From: Nitrosomonas europaea
Lineage (GTDB): Bacteria; Pseudomonadota; Gammaproteobacteria; Burkholderiales; Nitrosomonadaceae
Length of the DNA stretch: 32,000 nt
Direction: 5' to 3'
NCBI RefSeq assembly: GCF_900167395.1
Contig: NZ_FUWK01000023.1
Location: forward strand, 13,973-45,972
In this document: in pieces, positions 28,836 to 32,000 of the stretch
How positions within the stretch are numbered: position 1 is the first letter of the stretch
How the letters are laid out: each line of letters starts with the position of its first letter
The notes under the pieces: model-generated
The model's database searches: none
Told to the model about the DNA's origin: nothing
What the model saw: only the letters and a program-made list of their open reading frames with translations
Made by a program: the position numbers and the translations under genes

Positions 28836-28883
28836 GACTCATAATCCCTTGGTCGTAGGTTCAAGTCCTACCAGACCCACCAT
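28836..28883 (+). repeat. attR: 48-bp tRNA 3' fragment (direct repeat of 21573-21620)
   Basis: Perfect identity with attL. There is no tRNA 5' half upstream of it, so it is a fragment and not a second tRNA gene. Confidence 0.9.
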
Positions 28884-30419
28884 TTCATGTTTTCCCTCAT
28901 CGCTTCCTTCTAAAAGCAGGAATGGAAGCGACTTTTCGGGAGTTCTAAACCCTTCGTTCCGGCAATACCGAAGCCGTTCACTGAAAGCGAGCTTCATAAC
29001 GGCTCTTTTATGTTCCAGCCTGCTAGAAACCCATAGCTGGTAAGGGTTTGACAGGAACGAGAATGCAGTTCTAAACGTTTCATCGAACGATTGCAGCGGA
29101 CGACCGCATTGTGCGATTTTTTCGTCGAGCGCTATTTTTTCTTCTTCGAGCTGCCGAATCTTCTTCTCATAAGCTGTGATCAGGATTGAATTGTCTGTAT
29201 CCGCAATCCGGTCGAGGAATTGTTCTGTCTTGCGCTCAATCTGAAGCAGATTGCGGCGAATTGTCTCTGCTTCCTGCTTGGCAGTATCGCGTTTGATATT
29301 CCACAGATCCGTAAAAATCTCGGCAGCCAGGAGGAACATTTCTTTAGAAGGCTTCATTTCGCTCAATAGTGCCCCGAACTCGCCTTCCAGCTTGTCCTTG
29401 GGAATGGATTTACCGTTCTGGCTGCATTTGACACCGCTTGTTTTACCGTAGCACAGGTAATAGGCATACAATCCGCCCCCGCCACGCGTCCAGCATGCTG
29501 TCAAAGGTGATCCGCAGCAGGCGCAAGTGACAAAGCCACGTAAGGGGAAATCTTCATTGATATCCTTGCGTACCGGGGCCTTGGCCTGTCCGTTCAACCG
29601 GGCCTGTACCTTTTTCCAGGTTTCATAGCTGACCAATGCCTCGTGATGGCCTTTGACCAGATGAATACCCCAGTCTGGTTTGTCCAGATAACCGGCATAG
29701 AGAACGCGGCTGAGGATTTCCTTGATCCTTTGCATGTGCACGGTTCCAAATCTATCCTTCGGATAATGCGGAGAGGCTTCAAAGAACCGCATCAGTTCGA
29801 TCTGTGTTTCAAACCGGCCTGAAGCAAACCCTTCCAGTCCTTCCGCAATCACAGAAGCGCAGGGCTGATCCGGGACGAGTAATTTTCCGTGCTTGCCCAC
29901 TTTGTCATAGCGGTAGCCGATAGGGGCGTTAAACACGGAATAGCCATTCATCATGCGAGCCTTCATGCGATTGAACACCTGTTCGGCATTCTTCTCACGC
30001 TGGTGCGCAGCCACGGAAGCCAGGAGGTGCTCAACCAGCCTGCTGTCGGAATCATCACCAAATTCAATGGAGGGTGATTCCAGCTTGCCACCAGCAGCAG
30101 AGATGGAGGCACGCAAATGCAGATGTGTTTCGATATCGCGGGCAAGACGACTGATATCGTCAATGATCACCACCGGACGAGTAGCGCGGTGTTGCTTGAG
30201 ATAGATCAGCATGGCTTTCATATTGGGGCGATCCAGCAGTTTGCCGGTGATCCCCTCATCATGAAAGACTTCCACGACTTCATAGCCTTTATGCTTTGCA
30301 TATTCCCGGCAGCGTGTTTCCTGAGAAGCCAAGCCGTGGCCTTCCGTCACCTGCTTTAGGCTGGATACCCTGCAATAAATCACAGCTTGTTGTGTCACGA
30401 TAGAATCCTCTTTACTCAT
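28839..30419 (-). CDS. Large serine recombinase, 526 aa. The last 14 codons and the stop lie inside the tRNA fragment.
   Basis: Resolvase catalytic domain (AVIYCRVSSLKQ with the nucleophile Ser, DDISRLARD), recombinase domain, zinc ribbon (CACCGSPL...YYLCYGK...KC) and coiled coil (IRQLEEEKIALDEKI). I chose the ATG at 30419 over the track TTG at 30434. The C-terminal ...MVGLVGLEPTTKGL is the antisense translation of the tRNA T and anticodon arms. Confidence 0.88.
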   Translation of the reverse strand: MSKEDSIVTQQAVIYCRVSSLKQVTEGHGLASQETRCREYAKHKGYEVVEVFHDEGITGKLLDRPNMKAMLIYLKQHRATRPVVIIDDISRLARDIETHLHLRASISAAGGKLESPSIEFGDDSDSRLVEHLLASVAAHQREKNAEQVFNRMKARMMNGYSVFNAPIGYRYDKVGKHGKLLVPDQPCASVIAEGLEGFASGRFETQIELMRFFEASPHYPKDRFGTVHMQRIKEILSRVLYAGYLDKPDWGIHLVKGHHEALVSYETWKKVQARLNGQAKAPVRKDINEDFPLRGFVTCACCGSPLTACWTRGGGGLYAYYLCYGKTSGVKCSQNGKSIPKDKLEGEFGALLSEMKPSKEMFLLAAEIFTDLWNIKRDTAKQEAETIRRNLLQIERKTEQFLDRIADTDNSILITAYEKKIRQLEEEKIALDEKIAQCGRPLQSFDETFRTAFSFLSNPYQLWVSSRLEHKRAVMKLAFSERLRYCRNEGFRTPEKSLPFLLLEGSDEGKHEMVGLVGLEPTTKGL

Positions 30420-30669
30420 CCGGTCTGGATGCAACGTTTTGGTATAGCGATTGGATTGAACGATCCTTTGAATCTATCACGTCACTTTGGCCCTGCAAAG
30501 TTTTGCGGTTTTTTGCCTGCAACGCCTGCTGGACGGGGTGCTTGTTGAAAGCTGCTGAGATGAATTCATCCATGATCATATAGATATGGCGGATGATTTC
30601 CTCTTCATGATCCTTGCCCAGATTGAGGGGTGCGAGGTATTTACGGTATTTTTCGATATCCAGAGGCAT
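30412..30669 (-). CDS. Hypothetical protein, 85 aa, translationally coupled to the serine recombinase
   Basis: ATG at 30669 with AAGGA upstream: MPLDIEKYRKYLAPLNLGKDHEEEIIRHIYMIMDEF.... Its stop overlaps the recombinase ATG by 8 nt. No family recognised. Confidence 0.5.
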   Translation of the reverse strand: MPLDIEKYRKYLAPLNLGKDHEEEIIRHIYMIMDEFISAAFNKHPVQQALQAKNRKTLQGQSDVIDSKDRSIQSLYQNVASRPDE

Positions 30670-31070
30670 GACTATCCTTTCCACGTAGGCATAGAGCTGC
30701 TTGTACGGGGGGTGAATGAACCGGAAATTTGTGATCACAAGAGCATCACAAATGCGCTCAAAGTTTATTGTTCAATTGGGATTGTCTTTGTATCACGCAC
30801 CATTTTCTTTGCGCGGGAAACAGAGCGCTGGCCGTGTCAAAAGCGAAACGGTATTCAGGGATACGGTATCTTCTGTAAATACAGAAAATTGCCGCAGAAA
30901 TAGGTATTTAATCCTAAGTTAGGCCAGAGTGCGGGTTTTGTCCAGTGAAAAACAGTCTGTTCTGGAGAAAAATTAAAATGCATTCATGCTAAGTTTGATT
31001 CATTCTTGTACATAAAGAGGTATGAAGGATCGATTAAAGGCGCTTCTCCTTGCGCTTATTAATTGGGAGG

Positions 31071-31634
31071 TCATAAAGGCGTGCGGAATATGCCGTGATA
31101 TTGACGTTGAAGAAGAAGGAGATTATCAGCTATAGCTCTATCCTCTTCTAAAGAAACCCTCCCATTCGAGAAAACTCTCATGACAGAGGAAAAAAGAGCG
31201 CCCCCATAAAGCACGCATGCTTTAAACGCTTGCCAACCATCTCTTTCAAAGCTGCCTTCAAGATACTCGGGGTTATGAATAGATGCTTTGATTGTGTCAC
31301 GTATATTTTGATCCATTCCTTCATCCTTGAATGGAATTTCATCTAAGTGGGTGATTATTTGAAAGGGTCCATATTCTGATTGTACATATGAACAAAAAAA
31401 CCTCAGGTAATCTATCGCAGATTTTGAGTCATCCAGAGATAATACATGTCGATTAAGGGAATAAAGAGTATCTGATTTCCCATTAAGTAATAGAGCATAC
31501 TCATCATTAAAAATTGCCGAAAAAATAAGTTTATTGTTATTTGATGGGTTATAAAGCTGTATATCCACTAAACTACAATCTTGGTAAAAAACTAAAGGCA
31601 AGAGACGCGCAGATTGGCCGGTATAATTATCCAA
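31071..31634 (-). CDS. Hypothetical protein, 187 aa, in a visibly AT-rich segment, possibly truncated at the 5' end
   Basis: A long ORF in low-GC DNA. The only start is TTG at 31634, with no SD. The frame stays open upstream to about 31664, close to the putative IS end. No family recognised. Confidence 0.5.
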   Translation of the reverse strand: MDNYTGQSARLLPLVFYQDCSLVDIQLYNPSNNNKLIFSAIFNDEYALLLNGKSDTLYSLNRHVLSLDDSKSAIDYLRFFCSYVQSEYGPFQIITHLDEIPFKDEGMDQNIRDTIKASIHNPEYLEGSFERDGWQAFKACVLYGGALFSSVMRVFSNGRVSLEEDRAIADNLLLLQRQYHGIFRTPL

Positions 31635-31655
31635 AATTTCGGATAATTCTAAAAA

Positions 31656-32000
31656 TGTAGTAGTTCAGATTTGATCTGACAGCAGGTCTTGCCAAGAGGT
31701 GGGATTACCCGGTTTGATAGAGGTGCGAATCTTTATCAACCAAACGCGAAAGCGTAAAGGAGTAATCCCATGAGCAGTGTTCATCATAAAATCATTAAAC
31801 ACAAGATTGGCTTGCTTAATCTGGCAGCTGAGCTTGGCAATGTATCCCGTGCCTGTAAGGTGATGGGTTTTTCTCGCGATACTTTCTATCGCTATCAGGC
31901 AGCTGTGGAAACAGGAGGTGTTGAAGCTCTGATAGATGCAAACCGACGTAAGCCCAATATCAAGAACCGTGTAGAAGAAGCGACGGAAGCAGCGATCCTG
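31656..32000 (+). mobile_element. Left part of an insertion sequence (left boundary approximate, continues past the window)
   Basis: A transposase gene starts at 31770. The candidate terminus TGTAGTAG... at about 31656 cannot be confirmed without the other end. Confidence 0.45.
31770..32000 (+). CDS. IS transposase, N-terminal HTH region (partial, 3' end outside the window), probably IS481-family-like
   Basis: AAGGAG SD then ATG: MSSVHHKIIKHKIGLLNLAAELGNVSRACKVMGFSRDTFYRYQAAVETGGVEALIDANRRKPNIKNRVEEATEAAIL. This HTH plus RRxPNxKNRV pattern is what I remember from DDE transposases annotated as IS481 family. The frame is open to base 32000. Confidence 0.7.
   Translation, partial: MSSVHHKIIKHKIGLLNLAAELGNVSRACKVMGFSRDTFYRYQAAVETGGVEALIDANRRKPNIKNRVEEATEAAIL

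Larger units (their letters stand above)
21573..28883. mobile_element. ~7.3 kb tRNA-integrated, self-replicating integrative element (phage-satellite-like island), including both att repeats
   Basis: It is bounded by a perfect 48-bp direct repeat of the tRNA 3' portion. It contains a tyrosine integrase, an AlpA/Xis-like HTH, a Toprim primase, a DUF3987-like NTPase, an iteron origin and orphan genes. All its genes are on the minus strand, opposite to the flanking core genes. Confidence 0.85.

Noticed and set aside
30586-30922. Plus-strand ORFs 30586-30903 and 30716-30922 in the gap beyond the recombinase operon.
   Set aside because: There is no SD, they overlap the better-supported minus-strand small ORF and its palindromic control region, and their sequences are not protein-like.

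Overview
The window has two parts. Bases 1-21,620 are an ordinary, mostly plus-strand housekeeping block of a betaproteobacterium. Gene order and protein sequences look Nitrosomonas-like to me, but I cannot verify that here. It holds atpD (3' end)-atpC, glmU-glmS, yebC-ruvC-ruvA-ruvB, the full Tol-Pal cluster ybgC-tolQ-tolR-tolA-tolB-pal-cpoB, queE-queC, folB (-), plsY, tsaD (-), and rpsU-yqeY-dnaG-rpoD. It ends in a tRNA with a CAU anticodon that resembles ileX (tRNA-Ile2). Bases 21,621-32,000 are accessory DNA. A perfect 48-bp direct repeat of the tRNA 3' part (21573-21620 and 28836-28883) brackets a ~7.2 kb integrative element whose genes all lie on the minus strand. In order these are a tyrosine integrase, a 190-aa orphan, a 53-aa AlpA/Xis-like HTH gene missed by the ORF track, a Toprim primase, a DUF3987-like Walker-A protein, an iteron/AT-rich candidate origin, a winged-HTH gene, four translationally coupled orphan genes and a terminator. 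This int-alpA-primase/helicase-ori layout resembles a phage satellite (P4-like or PICI-like), but no hijacking, packaging or conjugation gene is recognisable. It is my main candidate for an undescribed system. Beyond attR lies a second accessory segment: a large serine recombinase whose ORF ends inside the tRNA fragment, a coupled small ORF, an AT-rich orphan that seems to lack its 5' end, and the start of an IS transposase that runs off the window. All family assignments come from reading motifs by eye. No database search was possible.
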